64,000 nucleotides of DNA from the NCBI GenBank assembly GCA_963693365.1, contig CAVNZM010000009.1:3908231-3972230 (forward strand), written 5' to 3'. Positions within the stretch are counted from its first letter, which is position 1, and each line of letters begins with the position of its first letter. The notes under the pieces are model-generated. The model was not told the origin of the DNA and searched no databases. It saw only the letters and a list, made by a program, of their open reading frames with translations. The translations under genes were made by a program, and so were the position numbers. This DNA is from Amoebidium appalachense (taxonomy: Eukaryota; Protista; Ichthyosporea). This document shows, one piece after another, positions 22,398 to 42,216 of this stretch.

Positions 22398-23794
22398 ACA
22401 CACGGACCCACAAGTACACGCACACTCACAGGCGCACATCCACCACCACACATCCACCACCACCATAATAGAAACTTATTGACCACACTTCCAAAACCCA
22501 TTTCCAAGTCCCCCCCCCCCCCCAAAAAAAAAAATAAAAAATAATAAAACAAAACCCTACCAAGCCAACCCAAAAAATGCCCAAGCACGTGCATACAAAA
22601 CAATGGGGACCATTTACACACCCAAAATGCAGTGCACACTTGCCTGAAGGCACATGTCCAGCGTAACCATTTTTGTCACCAAACGCCGAGAACTTAGCCG
22701 CCTGCTCCTCTGGGGGAAGTTCTGTCAGGCGCTGGTCGTGGGGGCGGAAATCGTTACGCTTTTTGAGTTCATACTTGGTCCAATGCAGCGCCCTCGAGTA
22801 ATACAGGAGCCGCTGCTCGTCGTATCGCTGCTTGTGGAGCTCCGAGAGGAGGGTGGCAAAGGCGTTTGGGCCCACACCTTTGTCTGCCAGTGCACGCAAC
22901 AATGTTACCACCTTTAGGTCGAGCCCACTGCGGTGGCTAAGGTAGGCCGGAAACTGATCACGCATGAAGAGTGGAAGGCGTTTAATTGTCTGGGGGTTTG
23001 TGCCGGCAAAGTTTTTTTTGCATGTGTCACAAAAGTACCGGGCCGTGATAATGTAGTAGCAGCTGTCAAAGTCGATAACACGCCGTCCTACGGGGTTGCT
23101 CATGAACCCATTGCGAGAAGTACGGTGTGGGTTGGGGTGGTTGTGGGGGTCCACGTAGTGATCATCGAAGGGGCACGGCACCATGAAACCGGGAGACAAC
23201 CTTTCCGGAAGCCAGGCAAAACATCTGGGTTTGTAGAAAGGCGCTGGATCGCCCCCAAAATTAAAGCCTATAATGGGAGGTGGAAGATGCCACCCCACAG
23301 GCGTCTTCTCATCTTTGAGACTCTCTTTCACTGTGTGCAGGTGCGACTTGATTGTTTCGCCCGCCGCGTCAGAAAACTCCTCTCCACCGTCATCCCCGTC
23401 CGTATTATCTTCTCCCTCTTCCTCCCCTTCATCCTCGTCTACCCGGTACGCATCTGCTGCTGCATTTAGCAAAGGTTCCTCGTCGGGTTGCACCTGTATG
23501 TCTGGTGGGTGTGGAGCAGGGGCCCGATCCATTTCTCTTGGTAACGAATGGACGCTACCTGCCTCAACTACACGGGCCCTTATGTCGGCGGCCTTAGATA
23601 GAGGGGGCTGTTCGGGTTGTACGTTTACGTTTAGTTCCTGCAAAACAGCTTTGTTTGCCGTCCCAAAACCTGCAAAGTTCGCTAAAGGCTGAACAAATGC
23701 AGCATCTTTTTTTTTTGCGCCCAGCTCCCTCCCTAGCTCCGCCTGTTTTATGCCCAGGGCGCTGTGTTGTGCCCTTAGGGCAGCCTGGCTTCAT
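15868..23794 (-). CDS. Mutator-like DDE transposase (DUF6729-like N-terminal region) with inserted WRN-type 3'-5' exonuclease, 6 exons, ~1540 aa, one +1 frameshift in an A-run
   Basis: Exons 23794-22644, 21663-21475, 20483-19653, 19171-18531, 18073-17867 and 17466-15868 join in phase if one A of the A10 run at ~23707-23716 is removed. Motifs: GGAREGAGRKKK; RRVIDFDSCYYIITARYFCDTC..FPAYLSHRSGLD; LKADHTF (D1); FYTDRCC (D2); exonuclease VVGLDCEW, KVGKQIGTD, SNW..YAALDAY; VLNDAFH (DxxH); RGTNEVEG (E); C-terminal CKTCGRQGKGCPG knuckle. Confidence 0.85.
20570..20880. repeat. Minisatellite with core CCCCCAAACCCATGTGCCCACA(T)ACTTTCCCC in transposase intron 2
   Basis: About six diverged copies of the core separated by C-rich spacers. 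Confidence 0.75.
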
Positions 23795-24530
23795 TTTAAA
23801 CACTTGGGGCCTGGCCCCCTGCCCCCCTAGTGCGACTACGTTACCGCAAACATTCCCGTATTCCAGTGTGCTCGGCAATGCTGCTCATGGCCTTCCCGGA
23901 CTGGTTGTGACCAGTAAAGAGCGCGCCAATTCCTGACCGCCGCCTACAGCAGTGTATGATCTGTTATCCATATTCGGCAAAAGGGGTCTTGCCCAACCAA
24001 TGGCTTGAATCCTTGTAACTTTGCTTTATCCATATAAGGTTAGCTGAACACCCCCCCTCCAATCATACCCCCCCCTTCTCTCTAGTAGTAGCTCCTGGCA
24101 TGCCGCACCCCCCTTGCTAAATATGATTCTCCCGAAGTCCCCTGGCTGACTCAGCCCTGCCTCCCGTGATAGCTTCCCGAGACTCATGGCCCTTCTGTTT
24201 GTCTGAATCTCAAGCACTTTCTTCCTTCGAAAGTTTTTTGGAGTTTCCTTGCAAGCGCTATTTCCTACGACCCTGCCACCACAAAAACAACCACAGCTTC
24301 CCTGTATTGCACGTCCTGAGAATTTATTAGCCGTTATTCATGAACCCAGATCCAAACGTATACATGGAAGCTAATGCATCACACCTCTAGCCTGCTAGCC
24401 TCCACGTATTACTTTGCTTGACCGTCCATGTCTCATTTCGAAAAGCTCTCAAAACACACTATATTAGGAGCCTAAAGGCTTTATACGCCTGCCCCTATAG
24501 ATTCAAATCGTTCAACTGGAGCGTTGCATC

Positions 24531-24578
24531 GCGGGCACCCCCTGAACTGTGGTTGCGGGCACCCCCTGAACTGTGGTT
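24531..24578. repeat. 24-bp tandem duplication GCGGGCACCCCCTGAACTGTGGTT x2
   Basis: Two adjacent identical copies. Confidence 0.85.
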
Positions 24579-25039
24579 GATTAATGCTTCACCACCACCT
24601 GGCTAAGTGATGAAGTCGGTCTACAAAGTGATACTATAGCTCTTGGTCGAAGACGTTTGTATAGCACAAGCCACTGCAGGCTCCTGCCTTCCATGAGTGA
24701 GGAGGTTTAGGTGTACGCGCACACAGACACACACACACACGCGCGCGCGCGCACACACACACACACACATACATAGACGTGCACGCGCACACAAACGCAC
24801 ACACACACACACACACACACACCTCTCTCTCTCTCTCTCCCCACTTCCCCCCTCCTCATTCTCTCGCTGTCTTTTTCGTCCCCTCATTTACCCTCCCCCC
24901 CCCCCCTCCCCCTCACAGGGCCTTCCTTTCTCGTCTCTTTCTCTTCAACCCCCTCCACCCTTCCTTGCCCACCACCACCACCACCACACCACCACCACCA
25001 GCACCACCACCGACCCAGCAACACCTCTTCTAAGGTACA

Positions 25040-30874
<5,835 letters not shown>

Positions 30875-31093
30875 CGTAATTTTTCGTGTATAATTTTGGT
30901 TATCCGTTCATGTATATATATATATGTAAAGGCTAGATTTCAGGGACAGACAAGTGTGAAGTTGATGGTTTTGGACTGTTTATTTTTAAGTTGCTCTGTC
31001 TATCGATGGTCGAAGGACATTGAAAACTTACTTGCAGAACGAAGGTACTTATGCATTTGATTGATAAAAGCAAGGCTTTTTTTTTTTTTTTTT

Positions 31094-31124
<31 letters not shown>

Positions 31125-31551
31125 GGGGGGATCAGTAGGTACATATGCACGAATATTCAATATTGTTCATATCCGATGCATACTTTTGTACGTATTTCAT
31201 TAGGAGTCCTTGTTCACAATTGCCCCCATGGGGCACTCGCCCCTCCCTCCGCTCCCCTTTTGCAAGGATCGGGTTTGTGTATAAATGTTTATCATGATTA
31301 TATTGAATGAAGACAGGCACAGAGATATGTGTAATGTTTGTGAATCATAATAGTGTGCGGCGTGTGAATTTCTGCCGAAAAATGTGTTGGCCATGGTGTG
31401 TGTACACGTGGTCGCAGGATTCGGAAGATTAAAGCACATGGGTACTTGTTGACTAACTATTATGCATAGTATGATGTATGCAAATAAACCCTGTTTCAGA
31501 ATGAATGTGGGTGTGTGTGTGCGTGACGTGTGTGTGTGTGTGTGTTTGTAC

Positions 31552-31582
<31 letters not shown>

Positions 31583-32401
31583 CGCGTGTGTGTACACATG
31601 TGTGTATGTGTGTAAGTTAATGTGTGGGTTCCCCTTGCACGCCATGCATGGGTATGTGCTTGTGTAGTTGTGTTTATGCTCATGTGTGGGGTTTAGATTT
31701 CCCACTGTGCATAACACGTGCATTAGTGTTGCGTGTGCGTGACGTAGTGACTGAGCCACGGTTCTCTCTGTTCAGATGCGTGTGTGTAGGGGCATGTGTA
31801 CATGAATTTGAAAACAACCAAAAAATCAGGAATATATGGCAATCTAAAAAAAAAATTGTATGGACCAATAGTTCGTGCGCGATCGCCCCGACTAGCCAAA
31901 TATAGAAACTTGGATGGGAAGTTTTGGCGCGCAAAATTAAAGTTTTTTAATTCAATAACAACCAAAAAAGTAGGAAAATGCATGTGTGTTCACGATGTGT
32001 GTGTGTGTGTACATATGCATGTGTGTGTGCATGTGCGTACGTGTGTACCTATGCACGTGTTTGTGTGTGTGTGCACGAGCGCATAAATGGCATTGCATAT
32101 GTGTGACGAATTTCACTGCACCGTACATATACATGAACCAGCATGTGTTGGAAATACACATGTGTATGTTCTCACAGCCAATGCCATGCTGTGGGTCGCG
32201 GTGTGCTTGTGTATGTTCGGCCTCCCTCCCTCCCGCGGTAGCCGGAGGCAGGCGTGCTGTCCTGCCCCGACATGTGCATGTCGTGTGTGTTCTCCCTGTG
32301 GCCGTGACATGAGATCCGATTGGCTGGCTCAGTATGATGGTCGAATACTATGGTGGGAGTGCCTGTGGTTCCTTCCCCTTCCCCCCCTCCCCCCCCCCCT
32401 C

Positions 32402-32555
<154 letters not shown>

Positions 32556-33194
32556 AAAAAAAAAAAAAGAAAAACTTCCTCCCCAGACCAAAACATCAAC
32601 GTGGAGGCAAAGGCATCAAGGCGGAAATCGGCGAAGCGCCCTCCCGTGTGCTGATATAACGGATGAGAAACCAAACAAGCTCAAACAACTTCAATTGCAG
32701 CTTACTTGCAAGGAAAACCTTGCTCAGATCTGACACTCTAACGAAGCCTATATGCACCTCACCTCCCTCCCTCCCTACCTCGGGTCATGATCACTTCCTT
32801 CTCTCTCTAGTTCTAGCTCCCTTCGCTCCTCTCTCTCTCTTCCCTCTTTGCCTTTCGCAGAGTCTCTCGCCCCTGGCCTGGCCATCACTTATGACTGTTC
32901 TTGCATGCACATGCCTACATAGGAAGGGTTTTCAGGCCCGACGAGTCAGAGTCCTTGTCCGTAGCTCACGTAGCCATCTTTGCACAGGTGTCGTCGATAT
33001 GCAAAGGGGGAGGGAGAGGGAGAGCGGGACCCGGCGAAACCCTAATAAGTGAACAACAGGAAAAGAAGCCCACCAAGCACGACATCCACACATGCTGATA
33101 AAACATGAGCGCAATAACACGGGGGGGGTGGGGGGTGGGGGGAGAGGGAACGTGGGGAAAAAAGGGAAAAGAAAGGGAGGGGAAAAAACCCCAC

Positions 33195-33441
33195 CCGATG
33201 CTGCAGTGTAGTTGTTCACCCATCTATGTCCCTGGCATTCTCTCTCTGGGGGACACCCCTCAGGGATGGTGTTAAAGTCCATTAGAGCATCTTGGTCTGA
33301 TACCACATACCCGTCGAACCGGAAACGGTCTCTGAGTATTTCTTTAAGAAGCAGCTTGCTTGCGCATGCTGGGATTCCGTTAACGCGGTTGTAACTGCAC
33401 ATGATGGTTTGTACCCCTGCATCTACGCACGCCTGTAGATG

Positions 33442-33506
<65 letters not shown>

Positions 33507-33527
33507 TGTGTGTGTGAGGGGTGGTGT

Positions 33528-33620
<93 letters not shown>

Positions 33621-33776
33621 GGTGGGTGGGTGCGACACATTTTTTTGTTGGGGGGGGGGGGGGGGGGGGGGGAGGAAGGTTAGTTTAAAACCGCCTGCAA
33701 AGGAGGGAGCATTCAGCTAAGAAGACAAAACAGACGGGGGGGGTTATGAAATCTTCTATCTGCCAAGCTTAGCCCC

Positions 33777-33810
<34 letters not shown>

Positions 33811-34291
33811 GGCCATAAGATGGTGTCGCATATCGTTTGTCCTTTGTTGCCTTCTTCTGTCACTTGCGCTCACTGTCTACCTGGATTTCTCGCTTCAAAC
33901 CCCTCCCCCCCCCCCCCCCCCCCCCCCTTCCACCCCGACCATCCCCCCCCCCCCCCCCCCCCCCCCCCCTCTCCCCCCCCCCTCCCCCCCTGATCACCAC
34001 CACCACTCAACCCCCTCTCCCTCCCCCCTCCCCAATGAAATACAGCGTGAGGAGGTAAGTAGAGTGGGGGGAGGGGGGGGGGGGAGGGGGGGGGGAGGGG
34101 GGTAATCTTGCAAACATGCACCTTGAAAGCAGGCAGGAAGGTGACGTGCAGATCCGTCATCGACACTTTTGCATCGAACTTGTGTCTTGACGTGGGGTAG
34201 GTGTCTGGGCCTGCATGCACGGCATAGTGCTTGCACCCTGCTATGGCACGCTTGTAGCGGGGATGGGGGCCCTGCGTACGAGTACGTACGT

Positions 34292-34370
<79 letters not shown>

Positions 34371-34792
34371 CGTGTGTGTGTGTGTGGATGTGGGGATGTA
34401 GATCATCGTGTCTGTTTTTGGATTTAGTGTGAAAAAGTGGGTTAGTGAGAGCTCTGGCGGTTATGGAGAAAACTTATTTGCAGGTGACGAGCAGATTGGA
34501 ATGGTGGTAGGGAACTGGAAGGGACGGAAGGAGGGAGAAGAACACATATGGGCACTCACATGTGTACGAGGTTGTAAGCAAGTGATGATGTGTGTTCATG
34601 TTACTAAAGAGTGTTCCGTCTTGAACACTGTTCACGGGCATGCTACCAAATCCGTATGATATGTATCAATGATGAACAGCAACCCATGGCTCTGAAAGTA
34701 TTTCTACAACATTTGTAAACGCCCGTGATGAGCTTTTTTTTTATCTTTTTCTCCTTTCTCCTTTCTTCTTTTTTTCCTTTTTTCCTTTTCTA

Positions 34793-34836
<44 letters not shown>

Positions 34837-35091
34837 CTCTCCTGTCCCTTCCCCTCCCGCAACCCCTTCCTCCTTTTTTCTCTTTTTTTCCCCTTTGCTT
34901 TCATTTCTTTTCTTACTTTTTTTCATTCATTTTTTTTCCCCCCTTTTTTTCTTTCTTTTGGGGGGGGGGGGGGGGGGTATTCCACCTGCAGGCCTGTGAC
35001 GTAAGCATGAGCCATGGATGCCGTGAGGTAGGGATCCTCCCCGTAGGTCTCCTGCCCACGGCCCCACCGTCCATCACGGAATATGTTCACC

Positions 35092-35187
<96 letters not shown>

Positions 35188-35193
35188 GTCTGT

Positions 35194-35284
<91 letters not shown>

Positions 35285-35832
35285 GCACGGGTGCGCTTGT
35301 GTCCATACATTACGTATATATCCTAAATCGAGCAAACGTGCATGTGCCAGGTGTGAAAGAAGAATAATAAACACTTCAAGGCACGAGGAAGGAGGGAAGG
35401 AATGGAGGAGGGTCGGAAGGAGCAGGGTAAAAGGGAACAGAAGGAGGGATGTCGGGGGAGGAAGGGGGGGGGGGGGGGGGGGGGGAGTGGATTTTGCACA
35501 AGTACATACAAATCGTGTGAGCAAGTTGAAAAAAACAGCCTATGCATGGAGGCTCAAACGGCAGCTGATTTCATGACTCTTACTTTTTCCGCTTCCCGCC
35601 GATACTTCTAGCCGATTGCCTTTCTTGTCTTTCCCCCCCCCCCCCCCCCCCCCCCTTCCCCCCTAAAACACTTCCTTATCCCCCCCCCTCCCCACCACCA
35701 CCAACACCACCACCACCCACCCACCCACCCACCCACCATTCCTGCCTAGATCCCGTTTCCCCCCTCCCCCTTACCATTCCCCTCTAAACTCACCATCATT
35801 GATTGCACCAAAAGCATTCAGCAATTACAATA

Positions 35833-35885
<53 letters not shown>

Positions 35886-36029
35886 GCGCACACACACACC
35901 AAAAAATGTTTTTAAAAAACGTTCCAGCACAGCCGCCACAATCACATATACACTTACACATAGGCAAATAAAACGAGAAAGGAAAAGAAAGCAAAGAAGA
36001 AAAGATGAACATGACGAACAAAACAGAGG

Positions 36030-36072
<43 letters not shown>

Positions 36073-36886
36073 AACATAATCCCACCTGGGCTCCAGCACG
36101 ACAACCCCGTATGGAACATAAACTGTCCCCTCGAGCTGTAGTCGTTGTTCTTAGCCCTGACCTCGGTGCCTATTGCAGTTGCTACCTCTTGCATGAGCTT
36201 AACATTCCATGTCGACGCTATGCCCATCGCCTGCGTGAACCCTGTTGTCGGGCCCGTGGGGGCGTAGATGTCCCCTGAGATGCACTCTGTCCCCCACTGA
36301 ATGCATGGTTAAATTTTTAATGAGTTGGGGTGATTGGGTAATTAAATGTAATGTTGGTCAAAGTGGGTTGGTTAGTTGTGAGGTTGGGATTTAGGGTAGC
36401 CCATTGCAACACGTTGTGAACTTAGCTTGTTGGGTTGATTGGTTCATAAGTGGGTTGGTCGGTTATAGGGGGTTATTTTTAGATATCCGGGTCGGGTCAG
36501 ACCCGAAAGCAGTTTATTTCCTTTTGGTCATACGCCAAATGCGCACCAAACAGCATTTTGGCCTGACCCGAAAGGGCCTATAGATCATCCTAAATAAACG
36601 AACCCTCTTCAAAGTGGGTTAATTCGGTTAATAATAGGTAATCTTGAGTGTGTAGGACTTGGTGTGTGGTTTTGAACGTAGCCGTTGAAAAGCCCTACAA
36701 AAATAGCCGACAGCTGGTTGTTACCACTCTAAGTGTTATGACTCCACACGACCTGATGTTTGTTCCAGTATCAGGGTTACAACATGCGTGGAAAACATGC
36801 AAAAAAAAAAAAAAAAAAAAAAAAAAAAGGAGAGAGAGAGAGATCATCGAGAATGGGGGAAGGAGGGGTGAGGGGGAGGGTTGAAT

Positions 36887-36928
<42 letters not shown>

Positions 36929-37035
36929 GGATGCATGGTTGATACATAATCTACTCCAAAAGAATGCCATGTAAATAAATGCAGTGTACATGATGAATGT
37001 AAGCCTATTGAGCCTGCATCAAAACACAGCAAAAT

Positions 37036-37069
<34 letters not shown>

Positions 37070-37369
37070 GACCCACCCCACCCTACACCCACCCACACCT
37101 ACATCTACACTCATCCACATAACCACAACCACCATCACCACCCACCCGTCCCTCGGTGGATTCTCCCATGCTCATTCACAAGAGCTATTCCTGCCATTTT
37201 CGTGACAGCACGTAAAATGAAGCAGGACACATGAAGCTGATGCATCCCCCCCTTCTTCCCCCCCCCCCCCCCCCCCCCCCCACCCCCACCACCACCACCA
37301 CCCCCCTCCCCGGGCTCCTCCTCTCCCCAAACCCAACCACCACCACCATCACCACCACCTCGACCCCCT

Positions 37370-37411
<42 letters not shown>

Positions 37412-37433
37412 AATAGGAAAAAGGAAAAAGGAA

Positions 37434-37469
<36 letters not shown>

Positions 37470-38464
37470 TGAAGAAAAAAAGAGATACAGAAGGAAAGAT
37501 AATGAAAAAGAAAAGGAAAATAAGAGAACGAGAAAGAGAAAGAAAGAATTTAAATAAAATGTGAAGGATCATAGTGGGTTATAAAAAAAGCTGCCTGGAG
37601 GCGAGTAGGGGGAGAAAAACAAGGAAATCAGGTCAAGCAAACAAACAGACAAAAAACAAACAAAAAATTAATTAAAAAATACCTTGAAAATAGCAACAAC
37701 AACAAATTTTAGAATTGACAAAAAACCTTCCCTGGTAGGGCCGTATGCCGAGACGTTCAATTGCAGGGGCAGGGCCATTGTGTTCGGCACCTAAAAGGAG
37801 AAAGGAAAAAGTGAGAGGACAGGTGTGTGTATGTTGGGGCAGGGGTGAAGGGGGGGGGGGGGGGGGGGGAGAGAGGAGGATGCGCGGGAGGGGAGGGATG
37901 GAGAGGTGGTTGTGGTGTTGTGTGCGTGCGTGTGTGTGTGTGTGTGTGGGAAGGGAGGGGGGGGGGGGGGGGGGAGAGGTCAGCTTTAGCACTGAGATCT
38001 GTATATGTTAGATAAGGAGATACGTTCTAAACGATTGCCCTTGCTTTCTCTCTCCCTATCTCTTCCCCCCCCCCCCCCCCCCCCCCACCCCACCGCACCC
38101 TCCCCACCCCCTGCGCCCTCCCTACTCCCTCTTTCATATCTCTGCCTCACCCATACTCCCGGCCCCTCCCTTCATTCCCCTCCCCCCCATCCCCCCAACA
38201 CTATCTTCTCGCCCCCCCCCCCCCCCCCCCCCTTCTGCGTAACATGAGGCTCCCCCCTGTCCTCTTACACCGCATGCCGATATCCATGAGAAGGCAGAAA
38301 AAATACTCCACCTTCCACCTTCCTGTCGCTATTACTCATACTTACAAAAAAAAGAAAACACCAGTCTACCGACTTCCTTCTTTCAGAGCATGTAATTAGA
38401 GCAGCCATCAATGGTACTTACAAGCAGGAACGAACAAGCTCCCAGACCTGCACATGCCTGCTGC

Positions 38465-38500
<36 letters not shown>

Positions 38501-39364
38501 CCCCCCGACGTCGCATATGGAGGGCACATGCTCAGCAAACAGATACGAGCGCATAGCTTTCGGCTTAGTGTTCACTTTCCTCAACAAATAGGTTCCTCAC
38601 ATACTATCCTCACATCACGCCTCTGCCATCCGGAACACCCAGTAACCCATTCTCCACAATATGCGATCTGACAAATAAGATTCATTAATAAATGCACACA
38701 GAAAGTAACGTAGCACATGCATGCCACTATGTGCGAGCGGATTATATAAAATTTACACGTTCCTGTTGTTTGCATGCAAGACAAGGCATTCTAGGTGCCA
38801 CGAGCTTTGAAAACCCATGTGTCCTCACTATACTCAGGCTCATCCCCACGCATTGTCTTTCCTCTCCACTTCTATGCTCTTCTTACAACTTCATCTTTCA
38901 GCCGGAGGAAAGAGGGATAAAGGCGGAGGGGGGGGGGGGGAGGGAGGGGGTGGGGGGAGGGGGGCTGCTCCCCCGGCCCACACTGCTTCGCACATCATAA
39001 GGCAACTACGTCGCGAGGGGGGAGCGGGAGGGGGGAGGAGTGGCGGATGAGGGAGGGTGAGATGGGGAGAGGTTGGGGGGCGGGAGGATGTAGCATGGCG
39101 AGGGGAAGGGGGAGGAGGAAGAGGGATGGGGGGGGAAGGGGGGGGGGGGGGGGGGGGGGGGAGAGTGTTACCCCCATGGGACACCTGAGCCACCTTCTCA
39201 TCGAGTGTCAGTCTGGACACGATGTCTTTAGCCCTTTCCTCAAGCGAAAGTTTTATGTCTCGAAAGGGATAACCCTCGTTAGTCACGGTGCTTTCGAGTT
39301 TCTGGGAGGCAGATGTGAAGGATGCTGCCCAGAGCAAAACGACGAAACTTACATGTCTCGCCAT
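33195..39364 (-). pseudogene. Glycoside hydrolase family 3 (beta-xylosidase/glucosidase-like) with signal peptide; only the N-terminal barrel is present, probable pseudogene or truncation
   Basis: Exons 39364-39172, 37790-37732, 36296-36086, 35092-34986, 34271-34122 and 33432-33195. Motifs: [92 protein letters not shown] (nucleophile). The intron 2 donor reads GGAAGG. I found no further GH3 exons before the plus-strand gene ending at 30874. Confidence 0.8.
36466..36609. mobile_element. Degenerate MITE, same family as 4689-4838
   Basis: AGGGGGTTATTTTTA ... TAAATAAACGAACCCTCTT imperfect TIR; internal GGGTCAGACCCGAAAGC and TTGGCCTGACC shared with the first copy. Confidence 0.55.
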
Positions 39365-40272
39365 GGTTGGGGATGACAACCGTGTGGTGTTCTAAAAGAA
39401 TATTGAATTTGTAGATGCAACGATGCCTTGCTTTTTTGTCTATCCCTCTACCTACATGTGTATTACCAGCCGCGCTGGTGCCACCGGAGAGCTCAACTTG
39501 AAGCGCCCGTCCACCTTCACAGCCAAAGTGTCCAACTTGAAGCCCGCGTTTTTGTTTTTGTTCGTCCGTTTTGTTCTCGCAAAGTTTGTTTTTCTTTCCT
39601 GTTTTGGCAATGGTTACATTGGTTAGCACACACTGATTGGTTAGTATTTGAAATGGTGACGTCACAGGGGCTCACGGCCCAGCACAGCCTATCCTTGGCC
39701 TGGCAGCGCTCATTTTCTTTTCAAATGCTTTTTCTAAAGTTTCTTAGTCCCCCCTTAGGCCTTGACTTCTCGAATAACAGAGCTATATTTCTGGGTTGTG
39801 ATCAGGCGTTGTAATCGTTGTGACCTCGTGGATCACAGGGTTTCAAGTTCCCCTCCACACCATCCAACATGGGGCAAAGCGGGGAAAGCATCAGCAACGG
39901 CGGTGCCTTGGTTCCGGCCCCTCACACCAGCACCCAAGGTGTGTATTACATAGGGCTTGAAGTGGCAGTGCATTTGCTTTATTCAGGCAGTGGAAGGGAC
40001 AGGGCTGATGAGAATGGTGGCTTTACTAAGCATTCATGCATTATTGCCGTTATGCGTAAGTTGTGTTGCTCATTATTGCTGTGGCTTTGGGATCCTGGCT
40101 TTCTTCGCCGCAGTAGCGTTTGCATCTGTGCTTTCGTTTGTTCTTTGTTCGCCAATCAGACGTTCTTTTACGGCTGTGTCTCCCCCCCCCCCCCCCCCCC
40201 ACCCCACCCCCAATATACATCCCCCTCTCGCTCGTCTCTCTCTCCCTCTCTCTCTCCCTCCCTCCCCCCCCC

Positions 40273-40342
<70 letters not shown>

Positions 40343-40580
40343 AATCAAAAACTATGGTTGTTGTGTAGTATGAATAACATATTATGTAATTCTAGATGAT
40401 TAGTTTATAAGAAGGGGTTTTAACGAGAAAATTAACGCATTGCTCCAAGTTTTTCAACCATTGATGTACATCACAATTCTTCGAATGTAAAACAACGTCC
40501 CATATCACACTTTTCTTTTTTGCCATGAAATTGGCCTCCTCTTCAGCTCACAGTTCGGAATGCCAACATTCTCTGCATCC

Positions 40581-40615
<35 letters not shown>

Positions 40616-40864
40616 CGGCGCCCGTGGCCCTCTTCCCCTCACTCCCTTCACTCTTCCCCCTCCCCGAGCACGGATGTAACATAACGGTGTACATGTGTGG
40701 ACGCTTGCAAGCGCAAGTGTGCGGTGTTCATGTGTACGTGTGCCTGTGTCAGCCCGCGCAGGAGCGCGCATGCTCGGGGGTATGTGTCTGTTTATGGTGT
40801 GTGTGTTTGTTTTCGTGTTTGTGTTTGTGTGTGTGTGTGTGTCTGTGTCTGTGACTACAGTGAC

Positions 40865-40931
<67 letters not shown>

Positions 40932-42101
40932 TGTGTGCGCTTGTATGCATGTGTGTGTATGTGCGCGCGTGCAAGCGCGAAGGGATGTGGAGACGTGTGT
41001 GCGTGTGTGTTTGTGTGTGTGTTGTGTGCGTGTGTATGCATATGTGTGTGTATGGTGTACATGATTGGACGCGTGTGTAAAATTGTATAAGTATTTGGGA
41101 TGTAAGCAGAGACACAGTGGTGCAGTGTGAAAACACCACAGACACACAACAACAAAACACGGAACAATCGGAGCAGTGTACACAACAGACATCAATGTTT
41201 AGACACGACTGAACTCAATTTATTTTGATCTTCGAATAAATACCTGAAATTCCTCTAAGTCTAATCCATACATGATTTCCGACCAGTCGGAAATCAGATC
41301 TATCTCTAATAGAAACCAATCACTAAGAACCAATTGCTTTCAGAGAGATCTGGTACGCGGAGACGTACACGATAGGACACAGACACTAGTTAAGATCAAC
41401 TCGTGTCATCATCAAGGAAGTTCTAACCTATAACACACTGCAAAGACTCAGACATATCACACTTAACCTTGATGATTGGTTAAAGCCCGGCAACACATGA
41501 AAACTAAAGTAAATTAATGAAGTCTAATCACACATGTTATTCTAAGTGTAGCCTAAGTGTGTTACCGTCCAATGAACACGTATTAAGTAACACAAATCTA
41601 CCTAACATATATTAGTAGAAAAGAAATACGATTATACACATGAAGACAAGGAGAGAAAGAAAAGAAAATAAGGAAGGAGAAAGAGAAAGGAAAAGAGAGC
41701 ACAAATCAACAAACAAGATAGTAATAGCATAACTATAACCAGAGATATTTATGTACACACAAACATGTACACATCTCTCCCTGAGTGGGTGGATCCGTGT
41801 ACACACATATAAATATTCTAATCGATATCACAATACACGATTGGAGCCGATACAACACGATTACAAGTATACAAGCATATCGGAGATCGATGCTACACTT
41901 TACATAATAGGAGTGTGGCATTTACACTAAGCATATGAACTGAAACATAACACAAACTGAGAAGATCTTACCATATGTAAATATTACGTATTACAACAGC
42001 GTGCCCGCAAAAGTGTGTGTGTGTGTGTGTGTGTGTACGTGTGCCTGTGTCCGTCTGGACAGGAGCGCGCATGGGCGGACGTGTGTGTGTGTGTGTCTCA
42101 T

Positions 42102-42141
<40 letters not shown>

Positions 42142-42216
42142 TGTGTTGTTGTTGTGTGTGTGTGTCTGTGTCTGTGTCTGTGTCTGTGTCTGTGTCTGTG
42201 ACTACAGTCACGGACA

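Noticed and set aside
14640-24700. Search for TIRs or TSD around the exonuclease-transposase gene
   Set aside because: No convincing inverted termini found by eye, so element boundaries are not reported.
32586-32990. Short exon-like islands that might continue the GH3 gene or form another gene
   Set aside because: No frame gives the expected GH3 continuation (AG.DL.C motif); stop codons appear quickly.
40004-40045. CTGATGA followed by a GAATG/CATTC stem, resembling a hammerhead ribozyme core
   Set aside because: The required GAAA after stem II is absent.
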